From Mobula hypostoma (Eukaryota), in contig NC_086108.1 in assembly GCF_963921235.1 (NCBI RefSeq), positions 108,254,001-108,318,000 of the forward strand: a DNA stretch of 64,000 bases, given 5' to 3'. Positions 35,501 to 49,669 of the stretch are shown here, piece by piece; the stretch's first letter is position 1; every line of letters begins with the position of its first letter. The notes beneath the pieces are model-generated. The model did not search any database. It saw only the letters and a list, made by a program, of their open reading frames with translations, and had not been told where the DNA came from. The translations under genes and the position numbers were made by a program.

Positions 35501-38112
35501 AGATAGTGACATAGAGAGCAAGAGAGAGAGAGAGAAAGAGAATGACAGAAACTGGGAGAGAGTGACACAGAGAGTGAACATGCCTCACTTTATAGCTCAA
35601 ACCTCTGAACTTGTGTTGTTTTCTCTGGAGTGGTCAAGTCTGAGGTGAGACCTGAAAGAAGTTTATAAGATTATAAAAGGTACTGAAAAGGGAGATAGAA
35701 ATGTTTTTCTTGGGTAGAAATGTCATGCATTGAAGGTGCACGGGAGTATGTTTAAAGGAGATGTGCAAGGTAAGATTTTACAGTGAGTGACTGGTATCTG
35801 GGAAGGGCTGCCAGGGGTTCTATGACAGTGGGGTTTAGAATCTATTAGAGAGGCACATGAAGGGAATGGAGGGGTATGGATCGGAAGAGATGTAGTTTAA
35901 TTCAGCATCGTGTTCAGCACAGACTTTGTGGACCAAATGGCCCATCCCTGTGTTCTAGGTGATGGGGAGGAACAACCCTCCCCATCACTGAGGTCATTCT
36001 CAAAAGGCTGTGCCTTAAGAATGTAGCATCCGTTACTGAGGACATTCTCCATCTGGAATATTTCCGACTCTTGCTTTTACTTAGGATCCTGAAGACGGAC
36101 ACTTAGTGTTTTAGGAGCAGCCTCTTCCCCTGTGCCATCAGATTTCTGAATGGCCCATGAAGCGTTATTCCTCTTTTGCACTGTGTGTCTCCGGTTTTCT
36201 TTTGATTTAGAGGAATTTTCATGACTTGCACTGTACTGCAGCCACCGAGCAACATATTTCACAACATGCAATACAGTATGTCTGTGATACAACCTGATGG
36301 ACTTCAATGTTCAAAGTAAATTTATTATCAAAATACATATAGGTTACTATATACAACCCTGAGATTAATTTTCTTGCAGGCATACTAAATAAATTTAGAG
36401 AATAATAACCATAACAGAATCAATGGAAGACCGACCAGCTTGGGTGTTCAACCAGAGTGCAGAAGACAACAGACTGTGAAAATACAAAAAGAGGGGAAAA
36501 AAAGGAATAAGCAATAAATATCAAGAATATGAAATGAAGTGTCTTTGAAAGTGAGTCCATTGTTTGTAGGAACAGTTCAATAATGGGGCGAGTGAAGTTA
36601 TTCCCTTTGATTCAAGAGCCTGATGGTTGAGGGGTAATAATCGTTCCTGAACTTGTTGGCTCACACAGTTGCCTGGTGGCAACACAGTATCTGCTGGAGG
36701 AACTCGGCAGGTCTGGCAGCATCTGTGGAGGGAAATGGACAGTCGACGTTTCAGGCCGAGACCCCTCGTCTGTTCGTTGATGCTGCCTGACTGGCTGAGT
36801 TCCTCCAGCATCGTGTCTGCTAAGATCTGGTGGGTCTCGACTGCAAGATCTGTCCCAGTTTGGGACTGACTTCATAATTCTGCCACTCAGTGATACTTAG
36901 CGGCACGTGTTCATTCTGCCGTTTTAAACACCGGTGTCAAATCCCCATCTCTATGGAAAGGATTTTCAGTTTACAGAGTTAATCGTAATAATAATGATAA
37001 TAATAATAACTTATTGATTGAGCACTTTTTGTACAAAACAATGTATCTTAAAGTGCTTTACAATGGGCAAACATGAAAATAAAATACAAAATAATGTTAG
37101 TTAAAACTAAAATACAAAATGATATTAGTTAATAGTTCATGGCAAGAGTGGCTAATGATGCCAAGTGGGTGAAGATTTTTCATAAGACATAGGAGCAGAT
37201 TTAGGCCATTCAGCCCATTAAGACTGCTCCGCTATTGCATTGTGGCTGATGTATTATTCCTCTCAACCCCATTCTGCTGCCTTCTCCCTTTGCCCTTGAC
37301 ATCCTTACTAATCAAGAGTCTAACAACCTCCATATTAAATATACCCAATGACATGGTCTTCACAGTGCGTTCCACTGATTCACCACCCTGTGGCTGAAGA
37401 AATTCCTCCTCACCTCTGTTCTAAATGGATGTCCCTCCATTTCAGGGGTTCCCAGACTTTTTTATACCGTCTACCCCTGCCCTTTACTGAGCAGTCCGTG
37501 GACCCTCAGGTTGGGGATCCCTGCCCTACTCTGAGGTTGCGCCTTCTGATGCTGGACTCCCTCCCTGTGGGAAATACAATCTCCACATCCACTCTGTCTG
37601 TTTCAAAGGGAAAAGAGATGACAACTGCCAGGGTAAGCAGTACAGGGGTCCTGGTTCCACACGTGTGGGTGGTGTGTAAGAAGTTACACGGCAGCAGGTT
37701 GACGAGTGGGGGTGGTGTCTGAGATGAAGTTACTAAAGCAGGAAATGTTTACAGAGAAGGAGGAGAAGTTCTGGTAGACATTCTGTGCGCCTCAGTGAGA
37801 TTTGGAGGAGATGTGTCCAATAATTTGTTTGAAATAAACACAGACTCTACCAACACCTACACAATACTTTTTTTTTAGGGAAGGCTGCATCACTGAATCG
37901 TGAGAGATTTATAGCTCAGAGGAAGGCCCTTCCTGTCCTTGCCAGCTGGGCTACTCCGCTGGCTAGAAATTTAAGGTCTAGTCCTGCCAGGTCAAAGGTC
38001 ATGCATCTTCGGAATGATTTGTCAGCAATCCCCTAGTTAGCAACATCAGGCTTACGGACAGCCCTACATACAAAGGAACTCCCAGAATATTATTAAATTC
38101 TATTGTCCGACA

Positions 38113-38405
38113 TGGGGTGCCATGGTAGTGTAGCGATTAGCACAACACTATTAGAGCTCGGGACGTTGGAGGTCAGAGGTCAATTTCAATGTCATTTCTA
38201 AGGAGCCTGTACATTCTCCAAGTGGATTGTGTGGGTTTTTTCAGCGTGCTCCGGTTTCCTCCCATCGTCCAAAGGCATACTGGTTAGGAGGTTGATTGGT
38301 CTTTAAATTGTCCTGTAACTAGGCTCAGGTTAAATTGGGGGTTGCTGCGTGGTGCAGCCAGGGGGGTCTATTTCGTACTGTATGTCATTAAATAAATAAA
38401 TACAT
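38113..38405 (+). mobile_element. V-SINE
   Basis: catggtagtgtagcgattagc head, gtgctccggtttcctccca...tccaaag, (TAAA)n tail. Confidence 0.72.
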
Positions 38406-38506
38406 ACATACATACTTACACATTTGTTCTTATGTAGAGCAGAACTACAATATTGTGCAAAACTCAGGTGTATACATTTACATACATACACACATGTATG
38501 AAGAGA

Positions 38507-38544
<38 letters not shown>

Positions 38545-41442
38545 AACAGAACTACAGTATTTTGCAAAATTCAGTTGTATATAATAGAGAGCGAGAGACA
38601 GAGAAGCAAGGGGAGAGACAGGGAGGGGGAGAGAGGATGTTGGGGTGCCTAAAGCTCTTGCACAGTACTGTATTTGTCAATGTGGAGCAGAGAGCGAGTT
38701 AGTAAGTCTGGTGGGAGCAAAAGATGTTGGGAATGGTAAGGGTGGAGCACTGTGAAGTGGGGGGTGCATGGGATAGGTGGCAGAGGAGTGGCGGGGGGGT
38801 GGTGACACAGTTACAGACACACCAAACCCTGAGACTCCAGGCAAGGTTTGATTCCATACAATTGATTTATTGATCATTACAGAATGTCTCTCTGGTGCTT
38901 CACACTCCCTCCCCCTTCTCTCCAACCATGATTCCCCTCTCCCTGCCCCCTTCCCACTCTCAGTCCACAATGGAGACCCATGTCACAATCAGGTTTATCA
39001 TTACTCACATGTCATGAAATCAGTTTTTTTTTGCTGCAGCAGTACAGTGCAATGCATAAAATTACTACAGTACTGAACAAATATTTTAGGCAACCTGGGT
39101 ATTAAATATGTGCCTAAGAGTTTTACACAGTGCTGTATAAGAGCATGTGATAATAGGAACATAATTAGGCCATTCAGCCCATCGAGCTTGCTCCATCATT
39201 TAATCATGGGTGATTTTTTTTTTCAACACCATTCTCAGAGCGGGCAGATTTAAAATGTCCCATTCGCAGTTGGGCGCATCTGAAACAAGCTGACGGAAGA
39301 AGTGTTTGTGGGAGGCACAATATGACATTTTTGTTTCTCAGCTGCATTCTCCCACTTTCTCCCCATTCCCTCCCCCTTACTGCCAATCCAGAATCTATCA
39401 ATCTCTGCCTTAAATATACCCAAACACTTGGCCTCTGCAGCCTGTGTGACAATGATTTCCATAGATTCACCACTCTCTGGCTGAAGAAATTCTTCATCTC
39501 TGTTCTAAAAGGGACATCCCTTTATTCTGAAGCTTGAATCCTAGACTCTCCTACTAATGGAAACATCTTTCTGTATCTGGAAGGCTTCAGTGAGATCCCC
39601 CCCACCTCCACTCAACCTTCTGTCCTCACCAAGGACCGGCCCAGAACCATCAAGTATGTTTCATATGTTGTTAAGCCAAACTAGTTTCCTTCCTCTTTTC
39701 ACTTATATTGTCTGTTGTATCCAACAGTGACAGGAGAACTTTTAAACTGGAGAAGCCACTGCACTGGGGAAGTTCCACTTTCTTGACCTCGGATGTCCGG
39801 GTCCGGGGACGGTAGTTGTCATAAACTGGGGTCTTCCTGGTTGCAGTGGATGACCACGACTTCTTCTGTGCCTTGTCATGCCCCTTGCTCTCCACAGAGC
39901 ATTGAGAACAGCCTTCCTGGCTGATCATACGTTGATCATATGTTGATCATACCAGCCCAGTCCGCCGGAGCTAACTTTGCATGCTTGGACAGGCACAGAC
40001 CTATCTCATCAGGCCTGCCACCTACCCTCAGATACAGTAGAATTGTTCCTTATTATCAGTCTTGTGTGTCTTTGAAGCTGTTCTTTACAATACTGTGGAG
40101 GAATTGTTACCAAATCGAATGAATTTTTTAAAGTATTCTTCAATTTAAGGGCAAAATTGACTGTATACAATTGTAAGAGGCATAGATGAGGTGGACAGGC
40201 AGTAGCTTTTTCCCAGGGTGGCAATGGCTCATACCAGACACTATCCTTTAAATGTGATTGGAGATGTTCTAGATTGTTTTTTACTCGGAGAGTGGTGTGT
40301 GCCTGGAATGCACTGCCGGAGTTGATGGTGAAGCCAGTACAATAGGGACATTTGCATTAATGACATAGCCGGCTGGGGGGCGTAGTGGCATCCACACTGT
40401 ACTTCGAGGCGAGTGATCGCAGGTTTGAATGCGGCCGGCTCCCTGCATGCTTTCCATCCTTGCTGGGTTGAGCGCGAGCTAGCAACTTGGTTTCGTAAAA
40501 GCAGACTAAAAGTGCTAAGGAAATGGCAAAAATGCTGCCCGATGTGCCACAAGGTGCAGAGACGAGCAACGATGATGGTGACGCCAGCCATGATCAGTAC
40601 TCCTCAGAGGCGATCTGCCTGGCGTCAGTGCTGCTCCCATGGCTTCACTGTAACCCCTTGACAAAAGGGTGACCTGTAGGTTAGTGGAGGAAAGGAGCGT
40701 CTTACACCTCCTTAAGCCCATAAGTGTAAGAAAGACAGAAGCTGTGTAGGAGGGAAGGGTTAGAATGATCGTGGAGTCGGTTGAAATGTCGGCACAACAT
40801 TGTGGGCCAAAAGGCTCTCACTCTGTTGTTCTCTGTAAAAAAAAACCAAACCTGTCTGTCGTCCAGGGACAACTTGTGATGGAGGCACATTGTCGCGCCA
40901 GTGCACGTACAGACCGGCCTTGACATAAAGCTGTCAGCAGCCACCAGAGCTGACTGCCTGGAGGGTTAATAGCACCATCAAGAAGACAGTAGCAACCGAA
41001 CAAAGACCAGCAGGAGTCAGGATATCCTGTCACATTGGAGACAGACTGACGTGAAACTAGTACACCCTCTAAATATAACAAATGAATAATAAAATCACAC
41101 AATAGTCAAAATAATTAACCTTAAAACACCTTTTCACAAGCATTTTTTCTTCTTCACTGAAATGTATATTTCCTGTGCAGCCAAATCTGACAACTGTATA
41201 GTTCTGGACTTTAGAAGGCTGCTAGGCATAACTCACATTAAAAATTAAAGATTAGCTTTACTTGTCACATGTACATCGAAACATTCAGTGAGATGCGCTG
41301 TTTGCGTCAAATCAAATCAGCAAGGACTGTGCTGGGGAAAGAACACAAGTGTCACCACATCTGCGGGGCCGAAAGCACGCCTACAGCTCATCAACCTAAC
41401 CTGTACAACATGCGATTGTGGGAGTGAATCAGAGCACCCGGA

Positions 41443-42000
41443 TGTTGTGCATTTAATATTATAGTAATATTTGAGTCACCTCATATATATATTGGTGGAT
41501 AAAGCATACTTTATACTTTATTGTCACCAAACAATTGATACTAGAATGTACAAACATCATAGCAATATTTGATTCTGCGCTTCCCGCTCCCTGGATTACA
41601 AATCGATAGTAAATATTAAAAACTTAAATTATAACTCATAAAATAGAAAAATGGAAAGTAAGGTAGTGCAAAAAAACCGAGAGGCAGGTCCGGATATTTG
41701 GAGGGTACGGCCCAGATCCGGGTCAGGATCCGTTCAGCCATCTTATCATAGTTGGAAAGAAGCTGTTCCCAAATCTGGCCGTATGAGTCTTCAAGCTCCT
41801 GAGCCTTCTCCCGGAGGAGAATCCTATTCATTAAAATAATTACAATTTATATGTAAAAATACATTAATTGCATATGTCATTATGCTGCCACGTGATACGT
41901 GCACGCCTCACGTAAAGTAAACTGAAAGTTAGACCCGCATTCCTGGATTTCCATGGTTCCTTTGAATTAATTTAATGCTTTGAAGTTACAAAACATAACA
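41443..42000. mobile_element. Probable solo LTR with an internal LINE-tail insertion; sister copy 56586-56871
   Basis: TGTTGT...CATAACA ends, near-perfect 5-bp TSDs (ccgga/ctgga; cagac/cacac), shared internal sequence. Confidence 0.6.
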
Positions 42001-42249
42001 CTGGAAGAAACCCATGCGGTTTCCAAGGAGAACGTTCAGGCTCCTTACAGGCATTAGCGTGGCGTGTGTCAGACCGCTATTGGTGATTGCTGGCGATGTA
42101 AGGCGATTGTGCTAACCACTACGCTACCATGCTGCCCCACATCACCCTTGGGTTAGCTGATTGCAGGCAGTAAGGTGGCTCATCCCCAAGCCATCTCACT
42201 GGAGCTCCCAAGATTGAAGCTGTTGATAAAAGTTACCCTCTAACATTAG

Positions 42250-42500
42250 CCGCAATGTAGTGTAGTGGTTAGCACAACGCTTTACAGTAACAGTGACCCG
42301 CCGCTGCTTGTGAGCAGTTTGTACGTTCTCCCCATGACCACATGGGTTTCCTCCAGGTGCTCCAGTTTCCTCCCAAGTCCAAAGACGTACCTGTTAGTAG
42401 GTGAATCAGTGACTGTAAATTGTCATATGATTAACCCAAGATAAAAATCGACATTGCTGGATGGCACGGCTTGAAGGGAAGGAGAGGCCTAGTCTCAGTA
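42250..42500 (+). mobile_element. V-SINE
   Basis: gtagtgtagtggttagcac head; tgggtttcctccaggtgctccagtttcctccc. Confidence 0.72.
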
Positions 42501-45334
42501 AAACATAATGAAAATAAAACGTTTTGTTTTGTACGCTTCATACCCTGTTGATTCAGACATCATTTTTTACAGGTGATAATTTAGTGATTATAATCCATAC
42601 ACAAAAGAATGATGTCAGCTAAATGAATTTTTTTTTACGATTCAAATTAATTGTCGAAATCAAGTTTTTTCACCGGGTTCTGACTGCACTGGAAAGAGCC
42701 CTAGATGATTAGAAATGTTCGCAAGACTTCGCAAGATAGGTTTTTATTGCATTTTTGATTAATTACTGTGTATAAAATGTGTCATTGGAATGCACTGCTG
42801 CTTGTGAATATGCCCTGTGCTGTTGTCTCAGGGGGAAAATAGATTCCTTGTTTACTAAGTGTACTAGATTATTAATCAGATAGCTGAAAATCAGACATCT
42901 AAGATGATTATCCCTTAGGAGAGGGCATAATAAGAATTGACATGACACACACATCTGCATCTAAATGAGTTCATCATCAAAATGGCTACCTTCTTATGGC
43001 AAAATATTGCAGTGTTTTTTTTGAATCTTTGTATTTTCTAAATTGGGGATCGATTATAATTTTTAATCCCCACCCACTACATTGATTCTCTCAGCTGTGT
43101 CCCAATCTGACATTTGATCTCTGGACTGAGAATCTTTACTACTAAGCCATTCCTGTCGACTTCAATAGTTTTCCAGCCAATCAACTCGCGAATGAGTGTT
43201 GGCCACTTAAAGCTGACTTGTGCTCTGCTCTATCAGTTTTGTTGGCAGTATCCTTAATATGAGTTTATTACATTAAAAGGTCTACAAATTATCTGGATGC
43301 AGTTTGAATCTCACTGTACCTAATACCTCATGATAGGTTTAATGCGCTTGTTCTTCCCCAGCCTAAATTAATTTCATATGTTACTCAGACAGCCATTTAT
43401 AGTTTTATTTTACAGAAAACCAGGCACCAAAAGGCCTTAGATTCCTGCCTGGAAAGGTATGGTTTTATTTAATCAAAATCATAAGTACGTTTAATAGAAC
43501 ACATACAAAATGCTGGAGGAACTCAGCAAGCCTGGCAGCATCTGTGCAAAAGAGTAAAGGGTGGATGTTTCCTTCGTCAGGGCCCCCATCAGCTGCTGAG
43601 TTCTTCCAGCATTTTGTGTGCATTGCTTTGCACTTCCAGTATCTACAGATTTTCTCATGTTCAGATTTAATAACACTGGCATATGTTGTGAAATTTGTTG
43701 TTGTGCGGTGTAGTACATTGCAATACATAATAACAAAAACTGTGAATTACATTAAGTATCTCTATCTATATATTAAAAAGCTAAATTAAATAAGTACTGC
43801 AAAAAAGTAATCAGGTAGTGTTCATGGATTCATTGTCCATTCAGAAACCTGATGCGGAGGGGAAGAAGCTGTTGCCGAGTGTGTATCTTCAGGCTCCTGT
43901 CCCTCCTCCCTGATGGTAGCAATGAGAGGAGAGCACGTCCTGGGTGATGGGCGTCCCTAATGACGGATGCTGCCTTCCTGAGGCATTGCCATGGGAGCAC
44001 AGCGTTGAGTGTGATGCTATTACAGCTCATGGCGTCGGAGTCTGAAATTCAATTCCAGCGTCCTCTGTAAGCAAGTCCTTCCCATGTGCGAGTGTGTTTC
44101 ATTCAGGTGCTCTGGTTTCTTCCTGGTCCAAAGATGTACCAGTTAGTAGGTTAATTGGTCATTGTAAACTGTCCTGTGATTAGGCCTGGGTTAAATAAAA
44201 GTAAGATCAGAGTGCAGAGACAGAGGGTGGAAGGTCTCATGCTATCCAGTCGAAGTAGGCTGCCGTGGGTTTATTGCGTTCACTTTCCAGAAGTGGCTGC
44301 GTGACCTTGGCTTCACTAGAAGAGAGATCAAGTCAACCAGCAGGGCTGTAGCTGAGGCAGCAGAGAAAGGATCAGCATGGGTGTGGACCAAGTATGTCCA
44401 GAGGGGCAGATAGTCAGACAGTGTATACATATCTTGCAAACCCTTCAGTAGTTGCATAGACACCTGAAGAGCAGACTATCTGTTTGATGGAAGTGACCAA
44501 CAACTCTGATAGAGGCAGATGCCAAGTTTTTAAGCTCACCAGTGGTAGGTGGTGCTTTAGCACTGCTGGCCCACCACCTCGAGGGAGTCTTGATCGTAAG
44601 CGGGCCGAAACTCCTGAAGACAGGTGGCAGATCAACTGATGATCCCACTGGTGATAGCACGGGACAGTTAACATCTCAGTCCACGTGTATCTTTAATTCA
44701 ATAGGTTGCTGGGCGGTGTGACTGATTCTCGGGGCTATCTATCCTGCAGGTAGGTGACCAGAACTGCACACAATGTGGTATCACCAACGTCTTATAAAAC
44801 TTTAACACAACATCTCAATGTATTTAACACATTGATTTATGAAGGACAAGGTGCCAGTAACTCTCTTTATGATCACGTGTACCTGTGATGCCACTTTCAA
44901 AGAATTATGGGTCTGTATTTCATACAGATCCATAGGCCAGCTGGTGGCGCAGTGACATCAGCGTCTTACTCCGGAGCGAAGGTTTCCGAGTTCAAATCCA
45001 GTCGGGCCACTCCCGGGCACACTTTCCGTCCGTGCGGGGTTGAGTGTCGAGCTCGCAACCCGGCCTCGTTTAAAAAAAAGAAACTGCGTTGTGAGAAGGA
45101 CGTGGGGGACCACTCAGAGAATCTTTCTCCCAAGACAACCACTTGAAAGGTGGTTGCCGAGGCTCTGGCAGAGTATGGCGCACACACACACACAAAAAAA
45201 ATTTGCAGATCCCTTTGTTCTGCCGCACTTCTCAGTGCCCGACAGTTCACATAAGCGCATCGAGCTAGTACAAAAGAGAAACAGAATAGAGAATATACTC
45301 CCGTAATCCTGCCTGGCACCTTTCCTGAAGTACT

Positions 45335-45800
45335 GAACACAGTATCACACACAAAATACAGGAGGAACTCAGCAAGTCAGGCAGCATCAATGGAGGGGAA
45401 TAAAGAGTCGACGTTTCGGGCGGAGATCCTTCATCAGGGCTGGAAAGGAAGGGGGTATTTGCCAGAATACGAAGGAGGGGAAGGAGTACAATCTAGAAGG
45501 TGACAGATGAATCCATGTGAGGGGGAAGGGGGGTAGCAGAAGGCAGAGATGTTAAGTGAGACGTTGGCAGGTGACAGTTGGAAATGGTAAAGCGCTGAAG
45601 AGGAAGAAATATGATAGGAGATGAGAGTGGACCAATTTTGATAAGTACGACAAGCACAAAATGCTGGAGGAATGCAGCAGGTCAGGCAGCATCTATGGAA
45701 AGGAATAAACAGTGGACATTTTGGGCGGAGTCTCTTCATCAGAACTGGAAAGGGAGGGAGAACTTGCCCGAAAAAGTGGGTGGGGTGGAGAGAAAGGGGG
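45335..45800 (-). mobile_element. Two tandem Penelope terminal-repeat fragments
   Basis: ggaggaa...gcag.tcaggcagcatc...cttcatcag repeated at about 45360 and 45665. Confidence 0.72.
45406..45441 (-). ncRNA. Hammerhead motif, core intact, helices weakened
   Basis: Minus strand AGCC-CTGATGA-AGGATCTCCGCCC-GAAA-CGTC-GACT. Confidence 0.5.
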
Positions 45801-46317
45801 ACATTCCTACTGGATAAAATACAGTCGGTAAAATAAATAAAAAGAGGAATATTTCTGACTTCTTGTGAACCAACTGAAGAAGCTCACACAGTGAAGACAG
45901 TTCCGTTTGATCAGCTTAAGGTGATTGGAGGAGTGTCGGGGGGGGGGTATGTCAGAGATAGGCTGCTTACACAGAGAGTGGTGGGTGCGTGGAATGCCCT
46001 GCCAAATGTGATGGTAGAGGCATTAGGAGCATTTAAGAGACTCTTAGATGGGCATGTGAATGAACTAAAAGTGGAGGGCTATGTGGGAAGGAAGCATTAG
46101 ATTGATCTTGCAGTAGGTTCAGAGGTTGGCCCAACATTGTGGTCCAAAGGGCCTGTACTGTGTGATGAGGTCTTCTATGGTCTATTTATGTTGAGGGCTG
46201 AGGTGAAGCACCATCTCATAATTATTTCAGTTCAAGCATATCACTGCTGTCTTGAGTCTCACTGTTAACCTGAAGCATCAAAATTAGAATAGTACGGCAC
46301 AGGAACAGGTCCTTCAG

Positions 46318-47605
46318 CTCACTGACTGTACTGACACTGCTGCCTGTACTGCCCTCACTGACTGTACTGACAGTGCTGCCTGTACTGCCCTCACACTGAC
46401 TGTACTGACACTGCTGCCTGTACTGCCCTCACTGACTGTACTGACACTGCTGCCCGTACTGCCCTCACTGACTGTACTGACACTGCTGCCTGTACTGCCC
46501 TCACTGACTGTACTGACACTGCTGCCTGTACTGCCCTCACTGACTGTACTGACACTGCTGCCTGTACTGCCCTCACTGACTGTACTGACACTGCTGCCTG
46601 TACTGCCCTCACTGACTGTACTGACACTGCTGCCTGTACTGCCCTCACTGACTGTACTGACACTGCTGCCTGTACTGCCCTCACTGACTGTACTGACACT
46701 GCTGCCTGTACTGCCCTCACTGACTGTACTGACACTGCTGCCCGTACTGCCCTCACTGACTGTACTGACACTGCTGCCTGTACTGCCCTCACTGACTGTA
46801 CTGACACTACTGCCTGTACTGCCCTCACTGACTGTACTGACACTGCTGCCTGTACTGCCCTCACTGACTGTACTGACACTACTGCCTGTACTGCCCTCAC
46901 TGACTGTACTGACACTACTGCCTGTACTGCCCTCACTGACTGTACTGACACTGCTGCCCGTACTGCCCTCACTGCACCTGTACTGACACTGCTGCCCGTA
47001 CTGCCCTCACTGACTGTACTGACACTGCTGCCTGTACTGCCCTCACACTGACTGTACTGACAGTGCTGCCCGTACTGCCCTCACTGACTGTACTGACACT
47101 GCTGCCTGTACTGCCCTCACTGACTGTACTGACACTGCTGCTGCCTGTACTGCCCTCACTGACTGTACTGACAGTGCTGCCCGTACTGCCCTCACTGACT
47201 GTACTGACACTGCTGCCTGTACTGCCCTCACTGACTGTACTGACACTGCTGCTGCCTGTACTGCCCTCACTGACTGTACTGACACTGCTGCCCGTACTGC
47301 CCTCACTGACTGTACTGACACTGCTGCCCGTACTGCCCTCACTGACTGTACTGACAGTGCTGCCTGTACTGCCCTCACTGACTGTACTGACACTGCTGCC
47401 CGTACTGCCCTCACTGACTGTACTGACACTGCTGCCTGTACTGCCCTCACACTGACTGTACTGACAGTGCTGCCTGTACTGCCCTCACTGACTGTACTGA
47501 CACTGCTGCTGCCTGTACTGCCCTCACTGACTGTACTGACACTGCTGCCTGTACTGCCCTCACTGACTGTACTGACACTGCTGCCTGTACTGCCCTCACT
47601 GACTG
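46318..47605. repeat. 36-bp minisatellite, about 35 copies
   Basis: Unit CTCACTGACTGTACTGACACTGCTGCCTGTACTGCC, head to tail with few variants. Confidence 0.97.
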
Positions 47606-48633
47606 TTGTGACATCAACTAGACAGTCAGCCAAACTCCATCCAGAAATGCATGAGAGTCATAGTTTTGTTACAGACTCAATGTCATGACATAGTGAACAA
47701 GGAGTGGAACTAAAAACAACAAAATACAGTGCAATTATCTCATTGTTTTATTCACACAAGTAAATATACACAGATAAATAAGATCTTAATTACATTTCCT
47801 GCAGGTAAATATTATATGTAAACCATTAATGTATAGGTTACTGTCTAATAAGTTAGTGTCTAATCACATTCTATTTCAGCAAAATTGTATTGATGACTTT
47901 AGACCAACTTCTAAACAATATAACAAGAGCTTATAAGGAATGCTTCTGCTGGTGAAACAATATAGAAACTTTTTTCTCTCAACATAACCCTCTGGTCTTC
48001 TGCCAGCCAAAGTGCTTTCCAATTTACTACTTCCTGACTGCATTGGAAGTGACCTAATGCAGATCTGAAACTGCTCATTACAATAAAAGCTGAACGTAAT
48101 CAATCACGTAGTAGAAACAAACCTATTGCCCGAAGGGCAGAACAATCCCATCTGCCTGCAAATGGTCCCTCTCCCTCCATTCCCTGCCTGTCCATGTGTC
48201 CGTCTAACAGCCTTTTAAACAGTGCTATCAAACCCGCTTCCACCACCTCCCTGTGTAAAAAATACATTGTTAAAAAATGTCGGCATTTCCGAGTCTGAGC
48301 CTGAGTCTGCTGGGGGCTGGCGGCTGTAGAAGGCAGCATGTCTAGGCGTTAGAGTACAGTGTATGTACGTGGATGGGTGGGAGGGGTGAGCAGAGCTTGT
48401 TATTGTTTGTTTGTTTGTTCTGTGTTCTGCCGAGCATTGTGTGCATGCCATGTTGGTGCTGGAATGTGTGCAACATTTGCGGGCAGCCCCCCAGTACATC
48501 CTTGGTTGTGTTGGTTGTTTACGCAAATGGCACATTTCACTCTATGTTTCAATGTACTTGTGACAAATACGCTTGAACCTTGGTCTCCTTTAAACTTTTC
48601 CCTCTCACTTTAAAGGTTGAGTTGGTATACACA

Positions 48634-48932
48634 TATAGGCATCCATTAGTCGCGTGAAACCATGGATTTGCGCCTTGGAAGGTTTCCAGGGTGCAGGCCT
48701 CGGCAAGGTTGTATGGAAGACTGGCAGTTACCCATGCTGCAAGTCTCCCCTCTCCATGACACCGATGTTGTCCAAGGGAAGGGCACTAGGGCCGATACAG
48801 CTTGGCACTGGTGTCGTCGCAGAGCAATGTGTGGTTAAGTGCCTTGCTCAAGGACACAACACGCTGCCACAGCTGAGGCTCGAACTAGCGGCCTTCAGAT
48901 CACTAGACCGATGCCTTAACCACTTGGCCACG
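48634..48932 (-). mobile_element. tRNA-derived SINE; sister copy 58023-58327, related head at 29631-29851
   Basis: Minus strand GTGGCCAAGTGGTTAAGGC (box A)...GTTCGAGCC (box B)...GTGTCCTTGAGCAAGGCACTTAA. Confidence 0.8.
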
Positions 48933-49669
48933 CACCAACACTTGAAGTGAGGAATGAATAAGCAGTTGAGGCTTCCGTCTGAGACTCTTCATCACGACTG
49001 GAAAGGAAGGGGGAGGATGCCAAAATTAAAAGGGTGGGGGGAGGGGGATGAAGTAAGAAGCTGGCAGTTAATAGGTGGAAAGGGCTCGAGAAGGAATCTG
49101 GTAGGAGAGGAGAGTGGACCATCGGAGAAAGGGAAGGAGGGGCACCAAGGTTACGTAGCTGTGAGCGGGTGTCAAACTTACTTTGAACTCTTCTGTGGCA
49201 CGTCACCGTATTAACCTTGGTAAAAGAGGTTGCAGAGATTGGGGATAGGGAGTAGAGAGATTTCAAAGTCTGTAATTCTGCAGTGAAGGCCTGGGTTCAG
49301 TACGTAAGTCAGTTACTTAATCCTATCAATTTAAGGTTATCATAGCCGGGGGCGGTAAAGGGGACAAGCTCCCGCTACCTATTAAATGCTCCCAATGGCG
49401 TGTGTCTCAAGTAGCCTCTGACTGCCATGTCCAGCTCCTACATAAGAACATATAAGAAATAGGAGAAGGAGTCGGCCATCCAGCCCATCGAGCCTGCTTC
49501 GCCATTCAATAAGATCGTGGCTGATCTGGCCGTGGTTTCATGCCACCTATCTGCCCTTTCTCCATAACCTGTAATTCCCCTCCTGGCCTTCACGTGTGGC
49601 TTATCTACTAAGCATTTAATAGGTAGTGGGAGTTTGTCCCCTTTACTGCCCCCCGGCTCTGATGACCTT

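Noticed and set aside
46318..47605. CRISPR-like array (36-bp repeat)
   Set aside because: Units are head to tail with no unique spacers, no cas genes, vertebrate intron context.
46391..47688. Long repetitive ORFs (VRAVQAAVSVQS, VSTVSEGSTGSS, LPVLPSLTVLTL)
   Set aside because: By-product of a stop-free unit whose length is a multiple of 3; frames are broken by +2 variants.
48860..48932. tRNA genes (box A/B motifs here and in other SINE heads)
   Set aside because: No convincing cloverleaf; attached to SINE bodies present in multiple diverged copies.
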